From Tubiluchus corallicola (Eukaryota > Animalia > Priapulida), in contig JAQGDQ010000313.1 of assembly GCA_030141605.1 (NCBI GenBank), positions 124,001 through 188,000 of the forward strand: a stretch of DNA of 64,000 bases, written 5' to 3'. The notes beneath the pieces were generated by a model, which saw only the letters and a program-made list of their open reading frames with translations, did no database searches and had not been told where the DNA came from. This document shows, in pieces, positions 48,601-63,492 of this stretch. Position numbers and translations under genes: made by a program. Position 1 is the stretch's first letter; every line of letters begins with the position of its first letter.

Positions 48601-49597
48601 CGGATAATATGAAACTAATTAATTAAGACCATGCAACAGCCTCAACTTGCAGCTGCCAAAAACTATAAGTTTGGTAAAAAAAAGATCAGTTATCACTGAT
48701 CAGTTAAGGTGTAACATGGTCCCAGCAAACAATTCTACCTATTTTGGCAGTTCAAATCTAGCCATAAAAATTACATACCTAAATATACATATTAATAATC
48801 AGTATTTTAATACAACAGATCACTGACAGAGAGCTTGATTTTCACACTAGTATTAATGCAGTGTTAGTGCATCTGGGATAAAACAAACAAATGAATAAAT
48901 AAAAGATATCTTTTTATTACAACTCATCAATATCTCCTCAATGTTAGTTCATAAAATCTGAGAAATCTAACGAAGGACCTGCTACAGAACAACTGATAAA
49001 TAGTCTCGCACAATAAAACTGCCTACACAAAATGAAGGAAATTTACACATTAATTTTTAAGAGGGTTTAAAATTCATAGAACAAAAGTAAACAGCATAAA
49101 CAAATTCTGAAATAAAAATTAAAATCTAAAAAACAAGATGAAAAAAGCAGTAACATCTGCAAGAAAACAAATGTAGTGTGTAAAGCTGCAATAGTGGGAA
49201 AGAGCATAAAAATATATATTATAAGAAACATCAACTCATAAACTTTAAAACAGATTCATGTAAACAGGAAAGCTGTAACAAACAGCACCAATAGTCTTGC
49301 AGATTTTACATTGTTTCTAAGATTTGCAACTGGTAAATACAGTTAGAGTGGGGTAATTCCTAGAGAATGTGTATGTTTTTCAACTCAAGCAACTCTGTCA
49401 AAATGGGGATAAAATTTATAGTCAGCAGCTATTAAGTGAGCAGCAGCTCTGAAAGGCAAGTTTTGGATGTTGTGTTCTGCACTACAAAGATCTTGCAACA
49501 AAAGCTGCTCTACATATTCAGCATGTTGTTTCTGGAATGCCCCAATAAAGTGGATTTTAAATTACTGCAGTATCCCAATAACAGTAAAGTTTAACAT

Positions 49598-52500
49598 TTA
49601 GTATCTTATTGGCGGGGACGGTTGCTGGTTCTTGTTCAAGCTATTTTCTATAACAATATATTGATTAATGAGTCTGGAGATTTCTTGTGCTTGATCGGTC
49701 TGCATACGTGTTGCTTTCTGTACCATCAGGTTGCCACATTTGAGATCTAGAAACTGATCACCAAGTTCCGAGCGTAATGTCCGAGTTGACAGCACCTCGC
49801 TGAATGGATAATGAATCAGAGATTCCTAAAACAATATATGGAGCTGTTAAACATTTGAATAAAAGAAAAATTAAATTAAATTATTGTGGAGCATTCCTCG
49901 GGTGTAGCAATCATGATCTTCGCAGATTTGTTTCTGTGAATGCAGCAGAGATGTAGTTGATTAGGAAATGGATTTGAAGGTGTAACAAGATGCTTGATTT
50001 TGACTATTCGACAAAATTCATGATAAAGTTAATGTGTGTGCTTTGATGTTTGATAATCTATTATTTCCTACTCAGTTGTTATGTGCAAGATGAGCTGTGA
50101 TGCTCCATATATGAAGCCTTTAGGTTCAATTCCAAGTGAATGCCTCTCATTTTGACAGTTTAAGTCATATTTTGCAACAGCAACATTCCAATGAGCAGAT
50201 GTTGTTAAAATGAGATCTGCAAAAAAATCAGGTGTTATAACAAGATGATGATACAATGAGGTTCGACTGCATCTTGTTTTTGAGCACTGCTAAAGACACT
50301 ATAAACGAGGCTCAAATTTTGGCCTAATTTTTTCAAGTAAACAATTCCAGGATGCTACACGCAGTTAACGAGTAACCATAGATTCTACAAGATAAAAGTT
50401 AGATTAAAATACAATATGAGACTAAATAAGCTTAAAAACACTTACATGTGTGTCCAAATGTAGAAAATCCACTCCACGCTTACTCACACCCAAGAAGCAG
50501 TTTTCAGGTACCCGCTCATCAGACACACGATACACATGAAAGAAACTAGTACCAAACAGCTGCCACCTCTGTAGCATTTCTGGAATTACGCGACATTATT
50601 ATTACATAGGGGCATCACACTTGACAATATTCTATGACATCTATATTTCATCAGAATAGTATTTGATACCATTTACAGTTATTCTGTATTGCCTAACAAT
50701 ATCAGACGACAAAGCTCATGTAAAGTACACAAGCAATTCTAAACAGATACATAAAAAATTGGTGTATACACTTTCAAAACTATTCACTACCATTTTGTTA
50801 GTCCATTTTGAATACTTTGATTTGAAATTTTTTAAAACAAATTGGCCTATTATTATAAAAGACATCTAAATTATAAACTGCGAGTTCCGGCTACTTCCGG
50901 CTTCAGCATTGTTCCAGCTTTATTGAGTAATGCAAACACAAGCACAGTTTTGGCACTGTGACGTTTGACATAAAGAATCACGACGAGCAAATAAAATGAA
51001 TGAAAGCACAGCAAACAGCAGTTAAGAAAACAACAGTCACTCAAACATTCTTCAAAAAAACTAGATTTATTGTAAAGCACTTTGAAAGCAGCAATACTGA
51101 GCATAGAAATTTGGTAATCACTGTTATGTTGAGTAACTAATTAATATCTATGCCTGTTACAACACTTTGGTTTGGTGTTCTTTTAACCAGTGCACCTTAA
51201 CTTGTAACTGGAATGGCGCTGCTCTTTAAATTGGAATAAAGCCATAATTCCAATCATTTTCTCTTTTATTTATGGTTATAACAATCACGTTACAAGAAAC
51301 ATGATGCTCACCTAAGAATTGTGCTTTAGCATCATAGTTCGATATTTTCTCCACTTGAAGAAGCTTATTTCGCACTAGATTTGTCATTTGATTTACATCC
51401 ATATTGTATATGGTCAATGTGGGTTTAGGAACAAGCATCTTCACTTCATTTCTGCAATATTTCAAGTAATTAAGTAAATATGAATTAAGATATCTCCTTA
51501 TAATGATCACTAACTAATAATGTGACTGCACTCGTAATGAACAGTTTCCTTCTGCAAATACTACCAGCATGATGACACTACGCCACGTAGAAATGAGCCT
51601 ATAATAAATTACCACAGAGATTTGTGTATCACAGTGTTTAACAGCATATAAGACACACAGCATATACACGTGCACATTTGCATACACAAATAATTATTAG
51701 AAAAGATATGCTTATAACATATACAAATCTACCCGGAATAAATAGCTAGGAGAAAAGCAAATCTTGCCATTATCCTGGTAGATGCAGTAGATAAGGAGAT
51801 AAATACAATATTCCAGAAAGTGAAAATTACATGACAGTATAAGACTTTATTTTGTAAATCAACAGGCGATCAAAGAAAAACTTTTTTCAATCTGTCTACA
51901 ATATTGTATCACGTTATCATGGCAAAAACAACTTGATAAAACATGAATCGAGTTTGCTTACGCTGTTGGGGCATATGGTTCATCAGCACCTCGTAATACT
52001 AGAGCAGCTAACATAGCCATCTCTTGCTGAAAAGAAACAATACTATGACTACAGTGAAATCTTGCACCTAATCACCAGGAATCTTTCTGATCTATACTAA
52101 ATAAAAAACATGAAATTTTTTGCATGTAGCATCACATAACAAATGTTTCTTATAAAAAGGCATTTTTAACACAATATCATCAAAAGTTAGGTTCAATAAA
52201 TATTACCTATTACCATAATACAGGGTGTCAAACAAAGGATTCTGAAAATCAGTTTTCCTTAATCTGTTGAAATGATGTTTGGAATTTCTACAAATGAACA
52301 GAGATAAGTAAACTATAAAATGAGAAGAAAATTTTTTCTGATCATTGTAAAATATTATGCAGTTGTTTTAATTAAAAACCCTACTTACCCCCTTGTTTTA
52401 TCTATCTCCACATACATTCCACATTAAGATGAAAAGCAAGAGATATAATATTCTAATATCATTTAAAAACTAGGAAAGCCAGTCTTTTTTTACAAAATTC

Positions 52501-55500
52501 TGGACTGCAGGTTTGACTTTTATCACACATACATTATATTACTACAGAAAGAATGTAAAAAAGCACAATGATGGCAACAAACATATTTTGCCGAAAATTT
52601 CAAAAAATAAAAATTACAATTGAAGTTAAATAAAATTAAGAAAAAACTGCAAAAGGTAAGTGAACTGAACTAATGCAGTTCTTAAATTAGTCATCCAATC
52701 TCAATCCCTGGTGGTAGCAAAGACAATAACAAAGATTTATGTTCATTAATTTGTTTTCTTTTCTCTCTGTTGCATGTTTAGTGGTGCTTCTTCATAAGAC
52801 ACTGCCTTCTTCTTATACTTAACTATTGTGTTTGTTTAAAAGTTGCGTAACTAAAAGTTTAAGCCCACATTGCAACTTTTAAATGCACAATTTTTAATTG
52901 CATATGTCTGTGCACTCTCGTTTATTTCAGTTATTTACAGATTTTGTAACTTTAGTTGCGCAACTGAAAATTACATGTCTGCACACTCCCTAAAACACAA
53001 GTGCAGGTTCAGCATTCCTACATTTCAGATGATTATCTTTGATAACAAACGAGATTCTAGACCTGTCACTAACATGTAAGTAGGCCCAGTCACTGAATGC
53101 TTGACCCGGTCTTGCACAAAGTGCTAAATGTACAAATAAAAATTTAAATGCATCAATCAATCATTACCATATGCAATGCAATTCATATGTTTTAAATTAA
53201 TTCCATAATTAACTTATTTTACATACAAGGCTGTGAATTTATTAACAAAAACGCCATACCATGACATCATTGCTAAGCTGTCCTGGTGATGTCATCATCA
53301 TCCAACCTTCTAGGTAATCTATCACAGCCTGTTGGTAGAGTATTTCAATGTACATGTCATTTTCTAAGCGCAGCGGATGATACCACGCTGCACGGCGGAA
53401 CAGTAGATAATAATCTTTGTTTTGCTCATCGAATTCTGTTGTGACATCAAGGACGTACTCTCCCCGTGTCAGAGGCATGGAATAATTCTCTGCGAAACAA
53501 AAGTTTTCAAATTTCAAATAAATAACCTGCGGCTATCGTTGGCTCCACATTTTGGGTGAATTCTCATCTGGGTAAACTCAAATAGTAATCAAAGCATAAT
53601 CAAAGCATAATATAAATACTGGCAGATATAATTTCATAAGTAATCATGAATAATATGTTAGCACTTGAACAATAGGAAAGGCAAGCTATTTAAGGAGTGT
53701 TATTTTCGAATACTCATCAAAGTATACACATCTTTTTTCAGTTTTTCAGTCACCACTAACTAACAATTTTGTAAATACTATCATTTTAATAACTTAAAAT
53801 TAGGAAAGCTACAGAGCAAACTACTTACCAGAAGGAAGCACATAATACAATGAAAATTCATCTGCAAGTGGTGTTCTCGCTAAATTCATCAAGTCGCTAA
53901 TTTCCTCTACAACATCATCCACAACTGTACTGCTCTTTATGTTAATAATCTTTTCTGTTCCACCGGGAATGATGTAGATTTGGCGTTTAGCATTGCGGCC
54001 AGCCTAGAAAAGTAAAAAACAAATTTTTACGTGACAATGTACGAGACGAAGTTCAATAAAATAAGCAGTTAACTAAATAAACATGAGGAAACCATGTCAT
54101 AAAGTGATGCTAATGAAATCTTGTTTTGATATTCAGAACCCGTTAAGTAATATTAAGTATAATCTGTAAGCAAATACTACATAGGTTTTGTTTTTTGTAT
54201 CAAGTACGCATTACGCTTCAATTTTTAAAGAAATTTTCATAGTATGCATGTAGCTAGTTACAGGCTAGTTCATTTGCAGTTTGTAGCATGTAAACTTGAG
54301 CTGTTGCTATTATTTAATATATAGGTGATATTTGCCACCTTAACCTTAATGTAAACATATGCTCTAACAACTATGCAGCTGAATAATCGAATTCAATGTA
54401 ACACTAAATGTGAAAATTTTGAGACGTTCTTTATGAATAAAAGTGGTACCTCGATTAGTCTTTCTTAAATAATTTATTTCAGATTAGCTCAACTAGTTAA
54501 CATATAAATATAAATACTCAAGATAATTCACTTTTGTTGAGAGATATTCACTATAATGCACAGTATCTTAGCTGATGAAGACATTTTGAACAAATACTGC
54601 AAACCAAGAAAAAGTATGAGCTAAATTTTTGCTTATTGAACTCCGAAGCTTTGTTAGCGAAGTAATGTTTTTGCAATGTACCATTCCAAGAGATTGAAGA
54701 TAAAAGATTAACAGAAATTTATGGCTTCATTTCACAGTAAAGCACAAAGCCAAGTAATGAGCTATGCTATTAATGGTATTATTGTCTGTATTAACTAGCC
54801 TGTACAAGAACCTGAACATTTACGAGCTCCTGTTATTGCACACTGGGCAGATAATACCATGTGTAGAACCTTGAGTTATAGTGAGAACAAATGACAGAAG
54901 TATGTGATGGCTTTTATTAGCTAATTACTAACACTTGTGCTGACACAGCTAACTTAGTACTAGCGCTATCCAATAGTTTACAGTTTATATACCAAGTGCC
55001 CACCAATAAATAAATCCTGGGTGTTGCTGCAAAGAGCCAGTAGGGACTTAAATATTAGTGTAATTTATGCATTTGAGCATCTGACTTTCCTCTCAAAATT
55101 TGCAAACATTTCCAGCACGCATTATGATTTACAGTAATTAAAAACTTTACCCAAACAGCGAGAAGGCTTACCGTAACATTTACTACTTCTTCTGGACTCG
55201 GTACATTCTGGCGACCACCGTATTTCAACGTCTTTCTCATGTTATATAAACAGTTAGATGCAGTGCCTGTAATTATACAAAGGCTTTTCTATAAAGTACT
55301 GCTTCCAAAACAATATAATACCTGCACACAAATGACTCCAAAGACAAAAAAATCTTGTGCCAATTACAAGCATTACATATAATAAGAGATTTTACCATGA
55401 TATGGACGTCGGCTGTCAAAAGCAGCTGTTTGCAAATACTTCATAGCATACGGTCGCAAACGGTCAGAACATTGGAAATACAGCAACAGTAAGGAAAACA

Positions 55501-56229
55501 GTCGCCAACCTCGCAGACAGTGATCTCTGCAAAAAAATTACGAAAATTAAACAAATAAAGCCAATTGAAATGGCCATTTCATTTACCAACTAAGCCAGTC
55601 TGGTAGTTGCCAATGATATGACTTGTAAATCAGCAGTAGTTTTTCAGCCCATCATTTCTATCATTCTGCAGTAATAAACAAATCAAGTATGAAACTTTGT
55701 TCACTATGTCTCTCCGGTACAGAAATTTTAAGTGCTGTTTCCAAAAAACGTTATCTGTAAGCATATATACTTTTAAAAATATGAGTTCTGGATCCAATCT
55801 AGAAATTGCTACCTTACCAAGGAAAACAATACTGGGAGTCTTGAGGCATGTTTTACAAATACTCCAACCTACAAGTGCAAAAACGTGCACAAGGGCTGAT
55901 AAATAAACTGACTTCGCTTATGAACTTACGGGCTGGAGCTTTTATTATTTGTCAACTGCTTGATGATTTGACAGTAAACCTCATCGACAAGAGCAAGACC
56001 ATGTTTACGACACACGGCAAGGATGGAGTAAACACAGCTGACAACCTCTGTAGCATTTTCGCCAAGTGGATAATCTCCCATGAATCTCATCACATCTGAA
56101 AGATAGAAGTCAGTTTTAAATTGTGATTGGAATATATGGCTCAGTGACTTTAGCATTTTCCTAACAATTGCTTCTTCCAACCAGAAATAATCAAATAACC
56201 AAGTTTTGATGTTAAAACTCTCTGATTAT

Positions 56230-56264
<35 letters not shown>

Positions 56265-59200
56265 CAAATTTATCCTGAGACTGAAAAATAAACAACAGAC
56301 ACAAACAAAATTATAAATTTACCTTTGAATGTTCGAACAGACAAAGCATCTAAATTCTCATCTTCAAAATATAACAGCGAGTGCTGTATGGGAGAGGGAG
56401 TAAATTTAACCATGTCAGCTTGCTCTTTCCAATTCCACTGTTTGCCATCTATAAAAAGAACAATTTTGCAAAGAAATCAATGGAATAACTTAAGATAAGC
56501 TTCATTCTTTCTTACCATACACACTTTGCATAAAGACTTAACAAGTATTAAGCGTTTAAAATTTTCTATTTCAAAAATTTTTATTAAATTCCATCAAAAT
56601 TGCCATTTATCAACTTTTTTTGTGTTTATGTACATCCTGCAAACCTAACAATATTCTTAATGCAAGCACACAAACCCTAAAAACATAAGCAAACACTAAA
56701 GTCGCAAGTGCTATGGGATACCCAACTGCAACAGAGCCAATGCATTCATCATTTTATCATTTTTAACAAATTTTGACATATGTAGCTTGTGTACATTTTT
56801 TAAGATATGCTAAGTAAATAGAATTAAAGTTTCAAAACACATCCCCAAGTTTCATTAATTGCGCTGGCAATATCTTAAAGTGCCATTTATGCCTGAAAAG
56901 TGAATACATTTCAGCTACCAGCTTTAGCTCTGAGGATTTTCCAGAGAGTGCTTTACAATGAAAGCACAGCTCAGAGCTTACTGCATACTGTGTGTAAAGA
57001 ATCTCACTATTATATCAGTTTATATAAGCTTTACTGTAGCTTTTTTCTCTTCTTAAATTGACATAGGCTTTTCTGCTATTAATAACTTTACTATTGTTTG
57101 TCTGTTGCGAAGGAACACACCTTTAAGACTTTCGATAAGTTTGATAGAATCCTTCACATTTCCTTTCTGCTGACGCAACACAGCATATTTCTCCAACGAT
57201 TGTCGAAAGTTGAGTATGGCAAATTCAATCATTGAAAACTTGCCATCGCTCAGCTGAGCAATGTCGAATCCTAAATCACTCTGATTATCCTGAACATCAT
57301 GACTCTGCAACAAAAACAAGAATGAATGAAAACATAAAAACTTAAATCAATTCATAATCAAATTTGTGAAAAGGAAAATGAAAGAATTTAGATGTACAAG
57401 AATGCAAGATGTGTGAAGAGTTTTAAAATTGCTTCTCCTATATCAAATGTAAACTGACTCAAAAAACCTTTCTAGAAACATAAAGTTCAGAGTTTTAAAA
57501 CTCACCCATTCTCTATGTGAAAGATGCTGCTGCCGCGAGCGTGCGTGATCCGAGGAATACTGATGCCTTGCAGCCTCTTGCCAATTGTCCTTCTGCTCTA
57601 ACCTTGACTGTTGTTGTTGTTGTTGTTGCTGCTGCTGCTTCTGCTGGTGTTGTTGTTGATGTTGATAGTGCTGCTGCTGTTGCTGGTGATACTGATGTTG
57701 TTGTTGTTGCTGCTGGTGAACTTGGTGAGAGCGCTCAGAACGGTACTGCCGATTATCCAACTTATGTTCCATTCTGTTGTCTCCCCGACGCAATGGTTCA
57801 ACATACTCCACTGGAAACATTCCATTCCGACCATCTACATTGCCATACAGCCAACCTAGTACAACAAATTTTATACTTGTTTACAAGTTCAAAACAATAA
57901 ACAACTAATTAGTCATCACTCCTTCACTCAAAACAGATGGTAATTGGTTATAGCTATCTCTTTAAAACACTAGTTTCTAAACGTAGTATCAAAATTGGAT
58001 ACTCTTGAGAAATTAAATGAAATTTAAAAGACTCGAAAAGAAACCCCACTTAGCACAATATTGAACTTAATCTGCACTTCTTCATGCACACTAGAATTAT
58101 ATAATTATAATGAATCAATTTCTTAGACGTCAGCCTGCATATGCTTAACACCTAATGCTTTCATTACATCACATAAAATATACATAAGCCCATAACATAA
58201 TTTCACAATCTAACAGTAACCAACAATCATAAACTAATTCGAAACAAACAGAATTAAAACACAATTATACAAAACTACCTTTGTCAAGATGTTGGCTTCC
58301 TTCATACTTGACTTTAATGATGTCTCCCTTTCTAAATGAGAGCAAAGTTGGTTCCTTTGTGATATAGTCAGAGATGGCCCGAACGTATTTTTCATGCTAA
58401 ATAAAAACATTTTTCTTAGTGTTATCACTAAAATGTGAGATGCTAAAATTGACCATATTGGAATACAATGCAGTTGGTATGTAAACCATAAGACGAATTT
58501 TAAAGTTGCTTAAATAATCAGTGTTCACAAAAGTTGTGTTTACAATTCATTGTTGTTAAAAGAATATAAATTACACGAGGAATTACCCTTTCAGTTTCAG
58601 CACAATACTGATCAACCATCTTTTTTATTTGTACAGCCTGAAAAAGAAAAAAGGCCTCAATGCGAAAGCAAAAACAATAATAGAGAAACAAAATATAAGT
58701 AAATTGAGACCTATCTACCTATTTTATCATCAAAATCAACGACATTTCTTGTAGTAATAAACCTTAGTATTAATACTTACACGATGTGAGAAAAACAATA
58801 ACTTCTCTTTATTTGATAAAATGATCATAACTGTGCTGTGACGAGGCACTGCTACTTCAACAATATCAGCAAACCTGAAAAAAATGTTAAAATATACATA
58901 CATTATTTATTTTACTTTATTTAAACTTCCCATACATTTACATCATGTAGACATTTTATACATTTTTTACTGTATTTCATTTTTTAATAATTTCTTCCAA
59001 AGATCTGATACTAAACAACACTTCACAAATATATACTTAATTTTTAGACATATTCTTGATTTGAGTTAATTTTACAAAGCACTTATAATTGTCTCTAAAC
59101 AACATGAGAGCAGTGATAACCTTTTAACGAGAATTGATGGTAGCAAGCCATATACTCTTTAAAACACATAAGCTGTTGTCCACAGTTGTATTTAATTTGC

Positions 59201-62200
59201 AAAGAACTTACGGTATAGAAGCCAACACTTTTAGCTCCTCATTAATGTTCTCTCGATCTCGTCTCACGAGATGAATGGCTGCATGCCCGACTCCTAGCAT
59301 GTGAATATGAGGGTTTTTACGACTGCCCTGCAATACAACAAAACATGGAGTGCTGAACGTCATTGAAAGCATGCTATACACATCTACTACATTACAATAC
59401 AAACATAGGGGAAATTAGAAACAATCACTAGAACTATCACATCATGAAAGAAATATAAACTCGAAAAGCAATGTATTTATTCCTTGTAACTGAAAATTTC
59501 CGACTGCTTTATTTTAACGCAATCAGATATTTCTAATGCACATTTATTCAATCTGCAATTATGGTATTTAAACATGGTTTGCGACTTGCTGGTACTTACA
59601 GTAACTGGAAATAAACGACAGAAATATATCGGCCAACTCCGGACTTCTGACACAACAGCCCGCTTTATATTGTTGTTAACATTATTAGCAGTTTGAGGGC
59701 TGATTCCCCAACCATCTGGAAGAAATGAATCATGTGAAATTAATGAATAATGAATTAAAGCAATAATAGACCAAATTAGTAAATAGAAGGCCAAATAAGT
59801 GAAACATGCTCCATTTGGTATCATACCTGCAAGTATATATCTTGTAGAAGGGGAATATATATACACCCAAACATAGCTAAGACAAGCTCTGCAAATTCAA
59901 AGTCTTATCTCAATTCTCCATTGCTACGTAGTGGCACTGTAAAAATCACCCACATTAAATTATCCCTGTTGCTGAATGCGGAATCACAATGTGTGAATGA
60001 CAACTGTATTTGTTTGCAGAATGAGACGATGTTACAATATTAAATTAATGAAAACTAAAAGCATGGCATGATCTGATACCTAACCAGTCATTTGAAAAAT
60101 TGCTAACTATAATACGAAATTGCTTTTTTATAACCCTAAGTTCTACTTATTTAAAAACAAAAACAGCAAATCCTATATTAGACTATAAGCAATTATAGCA
60201 AAATACAATGACAGCAAAAAAACATGTTACTAAAAATACTTCATCAGTAATGTTTTCATTATCTCACACTAATTTTTGTCATTTTATTTTAACACTTACC
60301 AAGTTTATTTTTCAAAGACATGATTTGATCTCGTGTGGCGCGAATGCAAGTGTTGGAGTAAGCATCTTGCAATATCTGCTTAAACAGGAGGTCCAACACC
60401 AACGGATCATCAAGTTTCTCAGCAGGAGAAAACACCTGAAATTTGAACAACAAAATATTATAAAATGTTCGTCAAGATTGAAGAGAAGGTGACTCTGTGA
60501 TGTTGTAATCATCATCAACATACATGCTGAATTATGTTTTTATAATTACCATCGATTTATCCTGAAAAAGTCAATATCTTATCCATTATGCTAGGAGATA
60601 AATATCCACAAAATAATTTTAAAATTACTTTTGCAGTAATTACTCAGCAAAAAGCCACACTTTTCAATTGCTGCCTACATTCACAAACAGCCAAATACAT
60701 TGAATAAACAAATTTTTGGCACACAAACCTCTTTTCGAATTTGTAGCCGCCATGGAACTCCCGCATAAGAAAAGAATGCAGCATTGCTGCTGCCATACAT
60801 TTGAGTCTGTGTCCTTTCCAGGGTGGTTTGGTCATATGGCAAAATGTCAATCTTACGCTTCAAGTCTGGTGATACAGGAGATTCTGCAACAACGTATAAA
60901 TGAGGCAAGTTTGCAAAATCATCATCACATGTGCAACTGTACATTTTAACACAAGTGCAACAATGTAATACATTTTGTGCAACAACAAAATTTTTATACA
61001 TGTACGTCTGCTCCATTTTATATGTGCTTTTCCACATATTGCTGGAACACCTTATGGTATTGTATACAAATAAGTAGTAACAAGATATTAGTCAACACCG
61101 TCATGACAGGCATGATTTTAACAGTTAAAAAATGGTATTGCTATATTTTAAGACTACACAGTGGATCAGTATTTTAATTATAATAGTAATATTAGTAAAA
61201 CTTTCTATGATTGCTGTGATTATTAACCTGTAGTTCAGATTTCCTAAAGTTATTTTATATTAACTAGTCATTGTTAGTTGACTAGCACTAACCAAACGGT
61301 CCAGTAGGACTCCGCGGGCTCAAACTTGGACTCAGAGCACGGGGCTTAAATTCTGACTGAGACTCTATCTTGCTTGTTTTCATTCTGCTTTCTTGGCGAT
61401 GATGATGGTGGTGGTGGTGGTGATGTTCAGTTCGTCTAGATTTTTCCTCGGCTTCGTTAATGCTCTGTTTCTGTACTCGAGGAAGAACCACGGCTCTCGG
61501 ATGATCCTGGGTCTCAGCCGCTTCCCAACCACCATCTTGCTCTTCATGTCTAATAAACAAAAAGAAACTTGAGTCACATACAAACAACAAGAAAAATGTT
61601 TCCAGCATTAAATTTCTGATGAAATGATCACATTATCAGCCAAAAGAGTACACAAATTCCACAATTCTCAGTAACAGTGTAGAGGACTACACTCTACACA
61701 GTCACAGAAGTTAAATGTTTAATACATTGACAATGAAAGTAAAGAAATACCCTAAACATTGTTTGTATCGTTAAGACTATAGAGCTTGTAGCAGGTTCAG
61801 TAATTTAATGAAAATTTGCAATTGAGAATGATAAATGTAAACAAAAGAAGGTAAAAAATGTAACCAACAAACCTGGTGATGTGTCCTTTGACAACGTTTG
61901 TTTTTGTAGATCTTGTTTGCCTGTTGCTCTCATGTCGAGTGTCATCAGCCTTGTTCTGAATGTAACCGTACTGTTTACCCTTAACTGGACTTTTTGGGCT
62001 TGGACTGCTATCATCAGCATCATAGTCCAATAATGGTTCTCCTTGCTTGTGAGCTCGCTGCTGCTCTTCTCTATAAGTAAAAACACCATTTCTTTAATGC
62101 ATTGTATAATTCAGGTTTGCAAATCATCATTTTACAACTTAGCATTCGTAACGCATGCGATCGCCTCATTCACCAGATCAGGGATTGTAGTACAAATAAC

Positions 62201-63492
62201 AGAAAAATACTTCCAGCATCCACAAATGACAAATAATAAATTCACTTAACAAAAAAAAATTATCTGAAAATTTCAGATTCATCATTTATTACAATGTTCA
62301 TTACATCAGATTCATTATATTACATTCTACATTATTTTACAATACATTAATGTTAGTTTTGAGCGAGTGAAGCAATACCGTTGGGATTCAGATCTCACAA
62401 CTTTTTCTGTTTTAGTCGTAGTTCTCGTTATCTTCCGGTGCTGCATGGAATCTTCCCTCTCTACCTTAGCCTTCTGATCGGAAAACATTTGTACTTTGCC
62501 AGCAACATCAACATTTGCAAGTGGCTTCACTGGCGTGGAATAAATATCGTGTTGTGGTGTGCCATGCAACTCGGTAGAGGAATATTGTTCAGTATACTCC
62601 TGGTTGGTATTGTTTGCGACACCGTTAAGCATGGCTAAAAATTACAAAAATAACCACAATATAATTATAACTCTTATATTCGTTGCAAACCAAGAAACAT
62701 GCAAAACTGCTCAGCTATATAAAAATACGTTGCAGTTGCAAAGATGCAAAAACTTTGGTCACATGTCCCAAGTCACTATACCGTTTTATTTCTAATTTTA
62801 TATTCAAACTTTTCTTCAACCTCAAAAAGCTCTTACATAGATCAAAAAGGGCCTTTGCCAATTCCTTTTATTTATTTTTACATGGAACTCCGGTGCTGTA
62901 GCAAAGACAGTAACGTTCGAAATGAGGTGCAAAATCAGCCTGGAAAGAGGTCCCTCGATCACCAATTGAAGTTCAGTTTCTTATGTTTTTAGCAAATGTA
63001 TTTTTAAAATGTTCAAATGATGTTCTACTTTTTTGAACAACATTACTGCATTTTATTTTTAATGTGTTTAATACGAATGAATATAATCCGCTAAATAAAT
63101 TTTTGGGATGAACTAAATTAAATGATAAAGATTTCCAATTTAGTCCACTAAATAAAATTTTGGGATGAACTGAATTAAATGGCAAAGATGTTCAATTTAT
63201 GCTGTTATTATGCTATTATTATCAAGATTCTGCTATTATGCAACTACATACCATGCCCCATCCTTTAAATCACGCATCATCAAGTAAAAAAATATTACAG
63301 TATATGAAGGAATTTAATACTTGGCATGGGAGGTGGCACAGGAATGCTGCCATTCATTAACGAGGAATCATTTACGCGAGATGATGACTCATACGTATAA
63401 CTTTCACTTTGCCTGGCTCGCTCTTCCAGTTTTCGCAGTGCTGCCTGGTGTACATCCTGCAAACCTGTGTACTTCTTCGGACTCAACGACCG
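49598..63492 (-). CDS. MYO15: Unconventional myosin XV (Myo15/Myo10A-like) tail, 3' part: FERM, SH3, MyTH4, FERM. Gene continues beyond the window.
   Basis: Verified exons include 49825-49598 (ESLIHYPFSEVLSTR...FLDLKCGNLMVQKATRMQTDQAQEISRLINQYI*), 50579-50446 (WQLFGTSFF), 51451-51312 (AKAQFL), 52026-51962, 53489-53260 (EYVLDV..YYLLFRR..WYHPL), 54003-53829 (AGRNAKRQIY), 55266-55172 (LKYGGRQNVPS), 55526-55396 (GWRLFSLL), 56095-55930 (VMRFMGD..DEVYCQIIKQLTNN), 57855-57506 (SH3 WLYG...GMFPVEYV) and 63492-63321. Further exons carry VPWRLQIRKE and WPIYFCRLFPV. Confidence 0.92.
57606..57716 (-). repeat. Coding CAA/CAG repeat (poly-Q/H tract) in myosin XV
   Basis: HQQQQQQHQYHQQQQQHYQHQQQHQQKQQQQQQQQQQ lies in frame inside exon 57855-57506. 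Confidence 0.9.
63087..63200. repeat. Two-copy 57-bp tandem duplication (intronic)
   Basis: tccgctaaataaatttttgggatgaactaaattaaatg... at 63087 recurs as tccactaaataaaattttgggatgaactgaattaaatg... at 63144. Confidence 0.85.

Noticed and set aside
57517-57900. Plus-strand poly-V/A and poly-L ORFs
   Set aside because: Antisense readings of the myosin XV poly-Q exon.
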